This document shows positions 1 through 10,897 of a DNA stretch of 64,000 nt, in pieces. This DNA is from an uncultured Clostridia bacterium (GTDB lineage Bacteria > Bacillota > Clostridia > TANB77 > CAG-508). Both the position numbers and the translations under genes were made by a program. How positions within the stretch are numbered: position 1 is the first letter of the stretch; every line of letters begins with the position of its first letter. Where the stretch lies: assembly GCA_944392385.1 (NCBI GenBank), contig CALXWL010000003.1:95-64094 (forward strand), given 5' to 3'. A model generated the notes under the pieces. That model had not been told where the DNA came from. It made no database searches and saw nothing but the letters and a program-made list of their open reading frames with translations.

Positions 1-76
1 AAAAACAAAAGTTGCAATAAAAAATGGAACAAATGAATTTAATTTTTAAGTAAAACAATGGGGGAGAGATGTTAAT

Positions 77-2347
77 ATGCAAATTATTAAAAGAGATGGA
101 AGAATAACAGAATTCGATGAACAAAGAATTATAAAGGCAATTACCTTAGCGATGTCACATACATCAGGAGGAGTAGACATAGATTTAGCTACAAAAATAG
201 CAGATAGTGTTCAAAACCAAATAAAGGACAAGATACAAGTATCTGTTTATGAAATCCAAGATTTAGTTGAAAAAAAATTAATGGGTTCATCAAGAAAAGA
301 AGTAGCACAAGAATATATTACATACAGATATAATAGAGATGTAGCTAGAAAAGCAAAATCAAAAGACATGTTTCTAGAAATTATAGAAACAAAATCTAAT
401 GATGTAACACGTGAAAATGCAAATATGAATGCAGATACCCCAGCAGGAATGATGATGAAATTTGCAAGTGAAACTACAAAACCATTTGTAGATGATTTTC
501 TATTATCTAATGAAGCTAGAAAAGCAGTAAAAGATGGCTATATACATATTCATGATAAAGACTATTACCCAACAAAAAGTTTAACATGTTTGCAACACCC
601 ATTAGATAAAATATTAAAAAATGGATTTAGAGCAGGGCATGGGTCATCAAGACCAGCAAAAAGAATAGAAACAGCAAGTATTATTGGATGTATATCACTA
701 GAAACAGTTCAAAATGAAATGCATGGAGGACAAGCAATACCTGCATTTGATTATTACCTAGCTCCATATGTAAGATTAACATATAAAGAAGAAGTAAAAA
801 AGATAGAAAAAGTAATTGATGAAGATTTATCTAGATTATATGATAAAGAGATAAAAGATTATATAAAAGCAGAAACAAAAGACTTAAAAGGTGATGAAAA
901 ATACATACAATTAGCAATAAATGGAACAGTAGACAGAGTACATCAAGCAATGGAAGCATTTATACATAACATGAACACAATTCATTCAAGAGGTGGAAAT
1001 CAAGTGGTATTTAGTTCAATAAATTATGGAACAGATGATTCACCAGAAGGAAGATGTATAATAAGAGAAATGCTCCTATCAACAGAAAAAGGTGTTGGAA
1101 ACGGGGAAACTCCAATATTCCCAATACAAATTTGGAAAAAGAAAAGAGGAGTAAATTATTTACCAGAAGATAGAAACTATGACTTATATAAATTAGCATG
1201 TAAAGTATCAGCAAAAAGATTTTTCCCAAATTTCCTAAATCTAGATGCATCATTTAATAAACATGAAAAATGGAGGGCAGATGATCCAAATAGATACTAT
1301 TATGAAGTTGCAACAATGGGATGCAGAACAAGAGTATTTGGAAACAGGCATGGAGAAGATACATCAATAGGAAGAGGAAACTTATCATTTACAACAGTAA
1401 ATTTAGTAAAAATAGCAATAGAAGCTGCAAAAGAAGCACAAACAAATTTAAGAATGAATTTTGAACTAGGAAAAGATAGTGAAAAATTCATGACAGAAAA
1501 ATACAACAAAGAAGTAAAGAAAATTTTCTTAAACAAATTAGAAACATATACAGATATAGCAGCAAGACAATTATATGATAGATATAAATTCCAATGCACA
1601 GCTGTAGCAAAACAATTTCCATTATTAATGTCTGGGCTATGGCAAGATAGTGAAAAATTACACCCATCAGAAAGAGTAGAAGAAGTGTTAAAACATGGTA
1701 CACTAGGAATTGGATTTATAGGACTTGCAGAATGTTTAATAGCACTTACAGGAAAACATCATGCAGAATCAGAAAAATCTCAAAAACTAGGAATAGAAAT
1801 AGTAACACAAATGAAAGAAGCATGTGACAGATATTCAGAAAGATATGACCTAAACTATTCTCTATTGGCAACACCAGCAGAAGGTTTATCAGGAAGATTT
1901 ACAAAGATGGATAGAAAAGAATTTGGAACAATTATGGGTGTTACAGATAGAGACTATTATACAAATAGTAATCATGTACCTGTATGGTATAAATGTACAG
2001 CTGAACAAAAAGCAAAAATTGAAGCACCATATCACAAATTAACTCTAGGAGGACATATTTTCTATATAGAGCTAGATGGTGACGCAACACATAATCCAGA
2101 AACTGTAGAAGCAGTTGTAGACTTAATGGATAAATATGATATGGGATATGGCTCAATCAATCATACAAGATCAAGATGTTTAGATTGCGGATTTGAAAAT
2201 GCAGATGCTAATTTAAAGGTATGCCCAATATGTCATAGTGAGAATATAGATACAATACAAAGAATAACAGGGTATTTAGTAGGTACTACGTCACGTTGGA
2301 ATAAAGGGAAACTTGCTGAATTACATGATAGAGTGACACATAGTTGA
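77..2347 (+). CDS. nrdD: anaerobic ribonucleoside-triphosphate reductase
   Basis: 756-aa ORF; N-terminal ATP-cone (MQIIKRDGRITEFDEQRI); C-terminal Cys cluster CLDCGFE...CPICHS; glycyl-radical motif RITGYLVG; RBS GGGGAGAG upstream. Confidence 0.95.
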   Translation: MQIIKRDGRITEFDEQRIIKAITLAMSHTSGGVDIDLATKIADSVQNQIKDKIQVSVYEIQDLVEKKLMGSSRKEVAQEYITYRYNRDVARKAKSKDMFLEIIETKSNDVTRENANMNADTPAGMMMKFASETTKPFVDDFLLSNEARKAVKDGYIHIHDKDYYPTKSLTCLQHPLDKILKNGFRAGHGSSRPAKRIETASIIGCISLETVQNEMHGGQAIPAFDYYLAPYVRLTYKEEVKKIEKVIDEDLSRLYDKEIKDYIKAETKDLKGDEKYIQLAINGTVDRVHQAMEAFIHNMNTIHSRGGNQVVFSSINYGTDDSPEGRCIIREMLLSTEKGVGNGETPIFPIQIWKKKRGVNYLPEDRNYDLYKLACKVSAKRFFPNFLNLDASFNKHEKWRADDPNRYYYEVATMGCRTRVFGNRHGEDTSIGRGNLSFTTVNLVKIAIEAAKEAQTNLRMNFELGKDSEKFMTEKYNKEVKKIFLNKLETYTDIAARQLYDRYKFQCTAVAKQFPLLMSGLWQDSEKLHPSERVEEVLKHGTLGIGFIGLAECLIALTGKHHAESEKSQKLGIEIVTQMKEACDRYSERYDLNYSLLATPAEGLSGRFTKMDRKEFGTIMGVTDRDYYTNSNHVPVWYKCTAEQKAKIEAPYHKLTLGGHIFYIELDGDATHNPETVEAVVDLMDKYDMGYGSINHTRSRCLDCGFENADANLKVCPICHSENIDTIQRITGYLVGTTSRWNKGKLAELHDRVTHS

Positions 2348-2375
2348 TGATTAGAATAATGAGTAGGGTGAGTGT

Positions 2376-2879
2376 ATGAAGATTGCAGGATTTTATGATG
2401 AGAGTATTTCTAATGGAGAAGGTTGGAGGGCAGTGCTATTTGTTAGCGGATGCCCTCATCATTGCCCGGGTTGCCATAATAAGGAAGCTCAGGACTTTAA
2501 TTATGGAAAAGAGTTTAATGAACAGGAGATATTAGATAAGATAAAAGAAAACTCAATTCTAAAAGGTATAACCATAAGTGGTGGTGAACCATTATGTAAA
2601 GAAAATATAAATGAAGTGCATAAATTTATTCAAGATGTAAAAGCAATAAGACCTAATTTTAATGTATGGTGCTATTCTGGTTATACTTTAGATGAGCTTA
2701 TTGCAAGAGGCGATGAAGATACGTACAAGTGCCTTCAAGATATAGATATACTAGTTGATGGAGAGTTTAAAATTGATAAAAAAGATCCAACATTAAAGTT
2801 TAGAGGCTCTTCTAATCAAAGAATATTGGATGTGAAGAGTAGTTTAAAAACACATCAGTTTATAGAATATAAAATTTAA
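2376..2879 (+). CDS. nrdG: anaerobic ribonucleotide reductase activating protein (radical SAM)
   Basis: 167 aa directly after nrdD; Fe-S cluster motif CPHHCPGCHN. Confidence 0.9.
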   Translation: MKIAGFYDESISNGEGWRAVLFVSGCPHHCPGCHNKEAQDFNYGKEFNEQEILDKIKENSILKGITISGGEPLCKENINEVHKFIQDVKAIRPNFNVWCYSGYTLDELIARGDEDTYKCLQDIDILVDGEFKIDKKDPTLKFRGSSNQRILDVKSSLKTHQFIEYKI

Positions 2880-2947
2880 TTTATTTTTAATGTTAATTTA
2901 ATATATTTTTCATAAAATATGAAAAAAACAAAGAAAGGATTTTGATT

Positions 2948-3982
2948 ATGGAAGAAAACCAAAAAAATGAAAACAAAGTTATTAGTAGGCAGACCATTAT
3001 ATCTGCAATTATTGGATTAATAATTGGTATACTACTTACATGTTTAGTAGGCTTTTGCTTGGATTATTTTGCAAAATCAGCTGGAATGGCTAAATTAAAA
3101 TATGGAGATGAAACAATAGCAACTGTAAATGGAGAAGCAATAACCACACAAAATTTATATGATAGAGCAAAAGCAATAAATGGATTAAGCCTAATGATAA
3201 GCGAAGTAGACAAAATAATTTTAAATGACATGTATGATTTAACAGAAGAAGAAAAAGAAGAGGCAAAAGAAGAAGCTGATTATTATATTGATTACTATAC
3301 AGCTATGGGATATACAGAACAAGAATTCCTACAAGGCAATGGATTTGCAAATTATGATGAATTTTTAGAAGATGTAGAAATTACCAAAAAATCAAACAAG
3401 TATTTATATGATTACCTAGAAGGAAAATTAGAAGAAGGAGCTGTTCAAAAATACTATGATGAAAACAAAAACGATATAGAAACATATGATTCAGAACATA
3501 TTTTAGTAAAAACATCAGATACAGTTACAGAAGAGCAAGCTTTAGCATTAGCAAATGAAATAATAGCTAAATTAAATGAAGGAAAAACATTTAGCGAAAT
3601 AGTAGAAGAATATGGAGACAAAATTACTTATGAAGAGCTAGGATTCCAAGGAAAAACATCAAACCTAGAACAAGCATATATTGATGAATTAGTAGCATTA
3701 GAAGATGGAGCATATAGCCAAACACCAATACAAACATCACATGGATATCATATAGTTCATAGATTAGCAACATCAACATTTGAAGACTTACGAGAAAGCA
3801 TAATAGAAACATTATCAGAAGACCTATTAACAGAAGATAGTAATTTAACATACAAGGCATTCGTAGAATTAAGAAAAGAAAACAACTTATCAATTTATGA
3901 TGAAGAACTAAATAAACAATACGAAGAATACTGTGATGCATTATATGCAGAAGAAGAAACAACAACAGAAACAAATTCATAA
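2948..3982 (+). CDS. membrane-anchored peptidyl-prolyl isomerase, PrsA/parvulin-like foldase
   Basis: N-terminal TM helix, then rotamase-type signature (SEHILVKT ... SHGYHIVHR); ATG 2948 preferred over the ORF-track TTG at 2942. Confidence 0.75.
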   Translation: MEENQKNENKVISRQTIISAIIGLIIGILLTCLVGFCLDYFAKSAGMAKLKYGDETIATVNGEAITTQNLYDRAKAINGLSLMISEVDKIILNDMYDLTEEEKEEAKEEADYYIDYYTAMGYTEQEFLQGNGFANYDEFLEDVEITKKSNKYLYDYLEGKLEEGAVQKYYDENKNDIETYDSEHILVKTSDTVTEEQALALANEIIAKLNEGKTFSEIVEEYGDKITYEELGFQGKTSNLEQAYIDELVALEDGAYSQTPIQTSHGYHIVHRLATSTFEDLRESIIETLSEDLLTEDSNLTYKAFVELRKENNLSIYDEELNKQYEEYCDALYAEEETTTETNS

Positions 3983-4001
3983 AATTAGAAAAATATAGTC
4001 C

Positions 4002-4043
4002 GCCAAAAGAAGGCAATATAAGTTTATATTGTCTTCTTTTGGC
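4002..4043 (+). terminator. hairpin terminator after the PrsA-like gene
   Basis: 19-bp stem GCCAAAAGAAGGCAATATA / TATATTGTCTTCTTTTGGC (one G-T pair) followed by a T-rich tract. Confidence 0.7.
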
Positions 4044-4053
4044 TACTTTGTAC

Positions 4054-4082
4054 TTTTATTTAATTTATATGCTGAATAGTAA
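4054..4082 (+). repeat. 29-nt intergenic motif TTTTATTTAATTTRTATGCTGAATRGTAA, copy 1
   Basis: Matches 36624-36652 at 27 of 29 positions; lies ~30 nt upstream of the -35 box of the polysaccharide operon promoter. Confidence 0.8.
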
Positions 4083-4112
4083 GATATTTTTAAGAAAAAA
4101 AACAAAAAAATG

Positions 4113-4141
4113 TTGAAATTTGATATAAGCTATTATATAAT
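4113..4141 (+). promoter_or_regulatory. sigma-A type promoter of the polysaccharide operon
   Basis: TTGAAA - 17 nt - TATAAT, about 45 nt upstream of the ATG at 4184. Confidence 0.6.
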
Positions 4142-4183
4142 TACACATGTGTTAAAAAGTCTAATATGGAAGGATAAATAATA

Positions 4184-5410
4184 ATGAATATCTGGCTATT
4201 GAGAACTAGCGAGACAATACCTGCAGTTTCGCCAAATGAAAGATTAATGAGAATGGGAATGTTAGCAGAAGAATTAAGTGGAAGAGGACATAATGTAACG
4301 TGGTTTTCTGGTACACTTAATCACTTTACAAAAAAACAATTATTTAAACAAGATACAATAGTAAAAGTAAAAGATAATTATTATATTAATTTAAGCTATG
4401 CTCAAGGATATAAAAAAAATATATCTGTTAGCAGAATTTTGTATCAAATGAAAATTGCAAGAAAATTTCAGAAACAGGCAAAAAAGATGGAAAAACCAGA
4501 CATTATATATGTAGCATTTCCTACTATAGAATATGCTGAAGTAGCAGTTAAATACGGAAAAAAACATAATATACCAGTTATAGTAGATATAAGAGATTTA
4601 TGGCCTGATATTTTTAAACATAACTTAAAAGGATTTACCAAGATAGCAGCTATGCCATATATTAAATTAATGAATCACAAAACAAAGAAAATAATGAAAA
4701 ATGCATTTGCAATAAATGCTGTATCTGAGGCAATGCTTGAGTGGGGATTAAAAAAAGGGAAAAGAGAAAAAAGTAAATTTGATAGATTCTTTTACATAGG
4801 ATATAAAACTCATGATGCTAATGCCATCAAAACCAACAATTGTAAAATGGATAAAAATAAGTTTAATATCTCTTTCTTTGCTACAATTAATAATCAATTT
4901 GATTATGATAAAATAGCCCAAATTGCTAAAGAACTTGAAAAAAGAGATAAAACAATAGTTATTAATATATGTGGAGATGGACCACAAAAAGAAATTTTAA
5001 TCAAAAAGATTAATAATATTTCTAATATTAAATTAAGGGGCTGGAGTGGGAAAGATGAACTAAATGAAATACTTCAAAATTCTAAAATGGGATTAGCTCC
5101 ATATAAAAACACTTTCGACTTTCAAATGAGTGTTTCAAATAAGTTTGCAGAATATCTTTCTTATGGACTGCCTATAATTTTAACTTCTGAAGGATATATG
5201 AAAAGTTTAATTGAAAAAAATGAATGTGGAATATCTTCAAAAAGCATAGATGAAATTTGCAATTATATAATAGAACTAAAAAACAAAAAAGAAAAATATG
5301 ATGAAATTTCAAAAAATGCAATAAAATTATATAAAAAAGATTTCATGGCAGAAAAAATTTATAAAAATTTAGCCGATTATTTAGAAGAAATAAAAGGAGG
5401 ATTAATATGA
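4184..5410 (+). CDS. glycosyltransferase (GT-B fold, family 4-like)
   Basis: 408 aa; C-terminal GT-B nucleotide-sugar binding pattern (GDGPQKE ... NKFAEYLSYGLPII); first gene of the locus. Confidence 0.75.
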   Translation: MNIWLLRTSETIPAVSPNERLMRMGMLAEELSGRGHNVTWFSGTLNHFTKKQLFKQDTIVKVKDNYYINLSYAQGYKKNISVSRILYQMKIARKFQKQAKKMEKPDIIYVAFPTIEYAEVAVKYGKKHNIPVIVDIRDLWPDIFKHNLKGFTKIAAMPYIKLMNHKTKKIMKNAFAINAVSEAMLEWGLKKGKREKSKFDRFFYIGYKTHDANAIKTNNCKMDKNKFNISFFATINNQFDYDKIAQIAKELEKRDKTIVINICGDGPQKEILIKKINNISNIKLRGWSGKDELNEILQNSKMGLAPYKNTFDFQMSVSNKFAEYLSYGLPIILTSEGYMKSLIEKNECGISSKSIDEICNYIIELKNKKEKYDEISKNAIKLYKKDFMAEKIYKNLADYLEEIKGGLI

Positions 5411-6489
5411 AATATGCATTAATAGGCTGTGGAAGAATTTCACCAAACCACTTAGAGGCAGCTATTAATAATAATTTGGAAATAGTAGGATTATGTGATA
5501 TAATTCCAGAAAACATTGATAAACTACTTAACAAATTAAATATTGATGTTAATAAGTATAAAAAATATACTAATTACAAAGAAATGCTAGAAAAAGAAAA
5601 ACCAGAATTAGTTGCCATAGCAACAGAGAGTGGAAAACATGCAGCAATTGCTCTAGAATGTTTAGATGCAGGAGTAAATTTAATTATAGAAAAACCAATT
5701 GCTTTATCATTAGAAGATGCAGATAAAATAATAGAAAAAGCAAATAAAAAAGGATTAGTTGTATGTGCTAACCATCAAAACAGATTTAATAAATCAATAC
5801 AAAAAATTAGACAAGCTTTAGAAGAAAAAAAATTTGGAAAAATGCTCTATGGAACAGCTCATATAAGATGGAATAGAGGTATTGATTATTATACTCAGGC
5901 ACCTTGGAGAGGAACATGGGCTCAAGATGGTGGTGCTTTAATGAATCAATGTATTCATAATATAGATTTATTAAGATGGATGATGGGAGATAATATAGAA
6001 GAAGTATGTGCGTATACAGACAATCTAAATCATAACTACATAGAAGCTGAAGATTTAGGCTTAGCAATAGTGAAATTTAAAAATGGTTCATATGGAATTG
6101 TAGAAGGAACAACAGACATTTATCCAAAAAATCTTGAAGAAACATTATATTTATTTGGGCAAAAAGGAACAGTAAAAGCAGGAGGAAAATCTGTAAACAT
6201 AATAGAAGAATGGATATTTGAAGATGATTCTGAAAATTCAGAAGATGTAAAGAAAAATAATAGTGAAATGCCACAAAATGTATATGGATTCGGGCATACA
6301 CCATTATACAAAAATGTTATTAATGCAATAAATACACATACTAAACCTTTAGTAGATGCTGAAGCTGGAAGAAGAGCTTTAGAATTAGTACTCGCAATTT
6401 ATAAATCAGCTGCAGAAGGAAGACCTGTAAAATTACCATTAGATAAATGTTCAACAATGGATTTTGTAGGAAGATTTGATAAAAACTAG
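5407..6489 (+). CDS. Gfo/Idh/MocA oxidoreductase, WbpB-like (UDP-GlcNAcA 3-dehydrogenase candidate)
   Basis: N-terminal Rossmann motif MKYALIGCGRISPNH; ATGA start/stop overlap with the upstream gene; sugar-locus context next to a DegT aminotransferase. Confidence 0.75.
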   Translation: MKYALIGCGRISPNHLEAAINNNLEIVGLCDIIPENIDKLLNKLNIDVNKYKKYTNYKEMLEKEKPELVAIATESGKHAAIALECLDAGVNLIIEKPIALSLEDADKIIEKANKKGLVVCANHQNRFNKSIQKIRQALEEKKFGKMLYGTAHIRWNRGIDYYTQAPWRGTWAQDGGALMNQCIHNIDLLRWMMGDNIEEVCAYTDNLNHNYIEAEDLGLAIVKFKNGSYGIVEGTTDIYPKNLEETLYLFGQKGTVKAGGKSVNIIEEWIFEDDSENSEDVKKNNSEMPQNVYGFGHTPLYKNVINAINTHTKPLVDAEAGRRALELVLAIYKSAAEGRPVKLPLDKCSTMDFVGRFDKN

Positions 6490-6548
6490 AATATAATTGT
6501 AGACATAATATATAACAAAAAATAAGCAAAAAGAAAGAAGAGAAATTT

Positions 6549-7697
6549 ATGGAATATATAGATTTAAAAGCACAATATAAAAGGTTAAAAGATAAAATAG
6601 ATAATAATATACAAAACGCAATAAGCAATGCAGAGTTTATAAGTGGACCAGAAGTAGAACAGCTAGAAGAAAAACTAGCAGAATATGTTGGCAGAAAATA
6701 TTGCGTAACTTGTGCAAATGGAACAGATGCCCTAACAATTGCAATGAGAGTATTAAATGTAAAAACAAATGATGCTGTTTTTGTACCAAGTTTTACATTT
6801 TATTCTACATCAGAAGTAGTTTCTTTAGAAGGAGCAACACCAATATTTGTAGATGTAGATGAAAGAACATTTAATATAGATGCAATGAAACTTGAAAAAG
6901 CAATAAAACAAGTTATAAATGAAGGAAAATTAAATCCTAAAGCAATTATACCAGTTGATTTGTTTGGACAAGTTGCAAATTTTCCTGAAATATTAGAAAT
7001 AGCAGAAAAATATAACTTAAAAGTTGTTGAAGATGGAGCACAAGGATTTGGTGGTTCAATTAATGGCAAGATGGCTTGTTCTTTTGGAGACATTTCTACA
7101 ACATCATTTTTCCCAGCCAAACCACTTGGTTGCTATGGCGATGGTGGAGCAATTTTTACAGATGATGAAGAATTTTATAAATTAATGTTATCACTTAGAG
7201 TGCATGGAAAGGGTTCATTCAAATATGAAAATGTTAGAGTAGGATATAATTCAAGGTTAGACACTATCCAAGCAGCAATATTGTTGCCAAAATTTGAAGC
7301 ATTTAAAGAATATGAATTGGATAATAGAAATAAATTTGCTAAAATGTACACAGAAAAACTAAAAGATATTATTAAAACACCAGTAGTTCCAGAAGGATAT
7401 GTAAGCAGTTGGGCACAATATACATTAATATTAGATAGTGAAGAAGAAAGAAATAATTTACAAGATGAATTAAAAAAAGCTGGAATTCCTACAATGGTGT
7501 ATTATCCAATACCACTTCATAAACAAATTGTATATGAGGGATATAATTTTAACTTAGATGATTTAAAAGTATCAGAAGAGTTAAGCAAAAAAGTTTTAAG
7601 TATTCCAATGCATCCATATATGAATGAAGAAACTGTTAATAAAATATGTGATGAAATTATAAAAATATTAGGAAAAAATGATAAATTATCTAATTAA
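6549..7697 (+). CDS. DegT/DnrJ/EryC1/StrS-family PLP sugar aminotransferase (WbpE-like)
   Basis: 382 aa with typical family layout (GPEVEQLEEKLAEY, CANGTDAL, SFFPAKPLGCYGDGGAI). Confidence 0.85.
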   Translation: MEYIDLKAQYKRLKDKIDNNIQNAISNAEFISGPEVEQLEEKLAEYVGRKYCVTCANGTDALTIAMRVLNVKTNDAVFVPSFTFYSTSEVVSLEGATPIFVDVDERTFNIDAMKLEKAIKQVINEGKLNPKAIIPVDLFGQVANFPEILEIAEKYNLKVVEDGAQGFGGSINGKMACSFGDISTTSFFPAKPLGCYGDGGAIFTDDEEFYKLMLSLRVHGKGSFKYENVRVGYNSRLDTIQAAILLPKFEAFKEYELDNRNKFAKMYTEKLKDIIKTPVVPEGYVSSWAQYTLILDSEEERNNLQDELKKAGIPTMVYYPIPLHKQIVYEGYNFNLDDLKVSEELSKKVLSIPMHPYMNEETVNKICDEIIKILGKNDKLSN

Positions 7698-7721
7698 AAG
7701 ACATGGAAGTAGGTATAATTA

Positions 7722-8387
7722 ATGAAAAAAATAGCTGTTTTAACATATAATCAACCACATAGAAAAACATATGATACAATTTGTCTTCTCAAGGCTAAAG
7801 GATATGAAAATGTTGTTGTATATGCACAAGAAATGACATATACAAAGAAAAAGTATCCTTTGATAAAACATAGACCAGAATTGAACATGAACATACCAGT
7901 TCCAAAAGAAATGTGTAGAAATTTTGGATACGATTATCAAGAAATAATGTTTGCTGATATTCAAGAACCGAATGATACTTTATTTTTACTATGCGGAGCA
8001 GGTTTATTGCCAGATTCATTTCTATCAAAATATAAAATTGTAAATTCTCATCCAGGTTACATACCATATGCAAGAGGTTTAGATTCATATAAATGGTCAA
8101 TATATAATGATTTACCAATAGGAGTCTCAACACATCTACTAGGAAAATATGTTGATGCAGGAGAAATAATAGAACGCAGAGAAATAAAAGTTGAGCAATG
8201 GGATACATTCCATTCTGTTGCTCAAAGAGTGTATGAAAATGAAATTGATATGTTAGTTCATGCAATTGAATTAATAGATGAACCACATGAGTTTATAGTT
8301 CCTGAAAAAGAGGAGTTCTTTAAAAGAATGCCAGAAGAAAAGGAAAAAGAACTATTTAAAAAATTTGAAGAAAGAAAAAATATCTAA
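7722..8387 (+). CDS. formyltransferase-fold protein (sugar N-formyltransferase candidate)
   Basis: 221 aa; catalytic-type motifs NSHPGYIPYARG and VDAGEII. Confidence 0.6.
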   Translation: MKKIAVLTYNQPHRKTYDTICLLKAKGYENVVVYAQEMTYTKKKYPLIKHRPELNMNIPVPKEMCRNFGYDYQEIMFADIQEPNDTLFLLCGAGLLPDSFLSKYKIVNSHPGYIPYARGLDSYKWSIYNDLPIGVSTHLLGKYVDAGEIIERREIKVEQWDTFHSVAQRVYENEIDMLVHAIELIDEPHEFIVPEKEEFFKRMPEEKEKELFKKFEERKNI

Positions 8388-8443
8388 AATAAAAAGAATT
8401 AATATAAAAAATAATAAAAATATTGTTTAGGAGGCAATTAAAA

Positions 8444-9766
8444 ATGGGTATGAAAGAAAAACTTTTAAAGAAAATAGAAAACAGAGAAATAATAGTAGGT
8501 GTTGTAGGGTTAGGATATGTTGGACTACCACTTGCAGTAGAAAAAGCAAAGGCAGGTTTTAAGACAATAGGGTTTGATGTACAAGATAAAAAAGTAGAAT
8601 TGGTAAACAAAGGGCATAATTATATTGGAGATGTTGTAGATAGTGATTTAAAACGACTTGTAGAAAATGGAATGTTAAAAGCAACAACAGATTTTTCATT
8701 TATTAAAGATGTTGATTTTATTGCTATTTGTGTTCCTACACCACTTGATGAACATCAACAACCAGATATTAGTTTTGTAAGGGATAGTTCAATTGCAGTT
8801 GCCAAACATTTAAAAAAGGAGACAATGGTAGTACTAGAATCTACTACGTATCCTGGAACAACTGAAGAATTAATTAAACCAATAATAGAACAAGGCTCAG
8901 GATTAAAATGTGGGGAAGATTTTTACTTAGGATTTTCACCAGAAAGAGTTGACCCAGGTAATGCCATATATAAAACTAAAAACACACCAAAGGTTGTAGG
9001 TGCCATAGGAAAAGATGCAACAGAAGTTATAGCTAAGATGTACAGAGCTGTTTTAGGTGCAGATGTTTTTGAAGTTTCTTCACCAGCAGTAGCAGAAATG
9101 GAAAAAATACTAGAAAATACATATAGAAACATTAACATAGGTTTAATAAATGAATTAGCCATGTTATGTGAAAAAATGGGAATAAGTCTATGGGAAGTTG
9201 TAGATGCAGCTAAGACAAAACCATATGGGTTTCAAGCATTTTATCCAGGACCAGGTCTTGGAGGACATTGTATACCATTAGATCCATACTATTTAGATTG
9301 GAAAGCAAGAGAATATGGATTCCATACATCATTAATTCAAGCATCAGGAATAATTAATGATAGAATGCCAGAATATTGCGTAGAAAGAGCAAGCAAAATG
9401 CTAAGCTCAAGATTCAAAAAAGCCATGAATGGGGTTAAAATATTAGTTCTTGGTGTAGCATATAAAAATGATATAGATGATTACAGAGAAAGTCCAGCTC
9501 TTAAAGTAATAGAAATATTACAAAGAGAAGGCGCAGAAGTAAAAGTATATGATCCATACATTCCTGAGTACAAGTACAAAGGGAAAATTTATAAGGGATT
9601 AGAAAAAATAGATGAAAACACTGTAAAAAATGCAGATTTAGTTATATTTACAGCAGCACATAAAACATTTGATTATGATATGATTTCTAAAAATGCAAAA
9701 GCAATTTTTGATACTAGAAATGCAATGAAAAATATTAAAAGAAGAGACAATATTGAATTATTATAA
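8444..9766 (+). CDS. nucleotide-sugar 6-dehydrogenase (UDP-GlcNAc/UDP-ManNAc dehydrogenase, WbpA/WecC-like)
   Basis: GVVGLGYVGLPLA Rossmann motif and catalytic GLGGHCIP; ATG 8444 sits behind AGGAGG, whereas the ORF-track start at 8423 is a TTG extension. Confidence 0.85.
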   Translation: MGMKEKLLKKIENREIIVGVVGLGYVGLPLAVEKAKAGFKTIGFDVQDKKVELVNKGHNYIGDVVDSDLKRLVENGMLKATTDFSFIKDVDFIAICVPTPLDEHQQPDISFVRDSSIAVAKHLKKETMVVLESTTYPGTTEELIKPIIEQGSGLKCGEDFYLGFSPERVDPGNAIYKTKNTPKVVGAIGKDATEVIAKMYRAVLGADVFEVSSPAVAEMEKILENTYRNINIGLINELAMLCEKMGISLWEVVDAAKTKPYGFQAFYPGPGLGGHCIPLDPYYLDWKAREYGFHTSLIQASGIINDRMPEYCVERASKMLSSRFKKAMNGVKILVLGVAYKNDIDDYRESPALKVIEILQREGAEVKVYDPYIPEYKYKGKIYKGLEKIDENTVKNADLVIFTAAHKTFDYDMISKNAKAIFDTRNAMKNIKRRDNIELL

Positions 9767-9781
9767 AGGGGAATTCATAAT

Positions 9782-10876
9782 ATGAAAGCAATTATGATTT
9801 TAACAAATGGTTTTGATCCTGATTTAAGAGTATACAAGGAGGCTAAATACATTACCAGTAAAGGTTATGAATTAGAAATACTTTGTTGGGATAGGGAAAG
9901 TAAATATAAAAATAAACCAATAGAAATATTAGGAAATATCAAGATTGTGCGTTTTTTTAATGAATCAAAATATAGAAGTGGATTAAAACAAATCTTTAAA
10001 TTATTAGAACAGAAAAAAGCATGCAAACAATATATAAAAAAAGAAAAAATACAATATGAATTTCTTCATTGTCATGATTTAGATGGAATGCTTGTAGGGT
10101 GTTTAATAAACAAAAAAAATGATAAAATTGTATTTGATATGCATGAATTTTATAATTCTGGAAGTTATGCAAAAATATATTTTATTGTAAAGCAAATGCT
10201 AAAATATATGCATAACAAAAGTTATAAAATAATTTATATAAATGATAAGCAAATAGAAAAAATAAGTAAAAAGAACAAAGAAAAATTAGTATATTTACCT
10301 AATTATCCAGAAGAGTCTAAATTTGAAAAGATAGAACATATACCAGATAATCATTTAAGAATAATGTATGCAGGTTATGTTAGACATCTTATACCTATGA
10401 CTAATTTAATTGAAGCTGGCAAAAAGCTAAGTCATATAAAAATATCTATACATGGCTCAGGAAATATTGTCGAAAATTTAAAAAAAATGGCTGAAGGTCA
10501 TAAAAACATAGAATTTACAGGAGCATTTACACATGATAAAATAAATGAATTTTATGCTAATGCAGATCTTGTGTATATTGTATATAATAAAGGCAATCAA
10601 AATGATGAAACAGCGTTACCAACAAAGTTTTTTGAAGCAATTATTAGTGGGGTACCAGTTATTGTTTCAAAAAATTCTTTTATGGAAAAAACAGTAAAAA
10701 AATTTGATATAGGATATAGTGTTGATGGGACTAGTATAGAGAGTGTTACACAACTATTGTTAGAAATAGAAAATAATAGAGACATACTAGAACAAAAAAG
10801 AAGAAATATTGAGAAAATAAAAAATAAGTTTTTATGGGAAGATGTAGTAAAAAATTTAGATGAGATTTATAAATGA
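9782..10876 (+). CDS. glycosyltransferase (GT-B fold)
   Basis: 364 aa; C-terminal GT-B pattern (ETALPTKFFEAIISGVPVIV). Confidence 0.7.
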   Translation: MKAIMILTNGFDPDLRVYKEAKYITSKGYELEILCWDRESKYKNKPIEILGNIKIVRFFNESKYRSGLKQIFKLLEQKKACKQYIKKEKIQYEFLHCHDLDGMLVGCLINKKNDKIVFDMHEFYNSGSYAKIYFIVKQMLKYMHNKSYKIIYINDKQIEKISKKNKEKLVYLPNYPEESKFEKIEHIPDNHLRIMYAGYVRHLIPMTNLIEAGKKLSHIKISIHGSGNIVENLKKMAEGHKNIEFTGAFTHDKINEFYANADLVYIVYNKGNQNDETALPTKFFEAIISGVPVIVSKNSFMEKTVKKFDIGYSVDGTSIESVTQLLLEIENNRDILEQKRRNIEKIKNKFLWEDVVKNLDEIYK

Positions 10877-10897
10877 AATTAATTAAGGAGGAATATT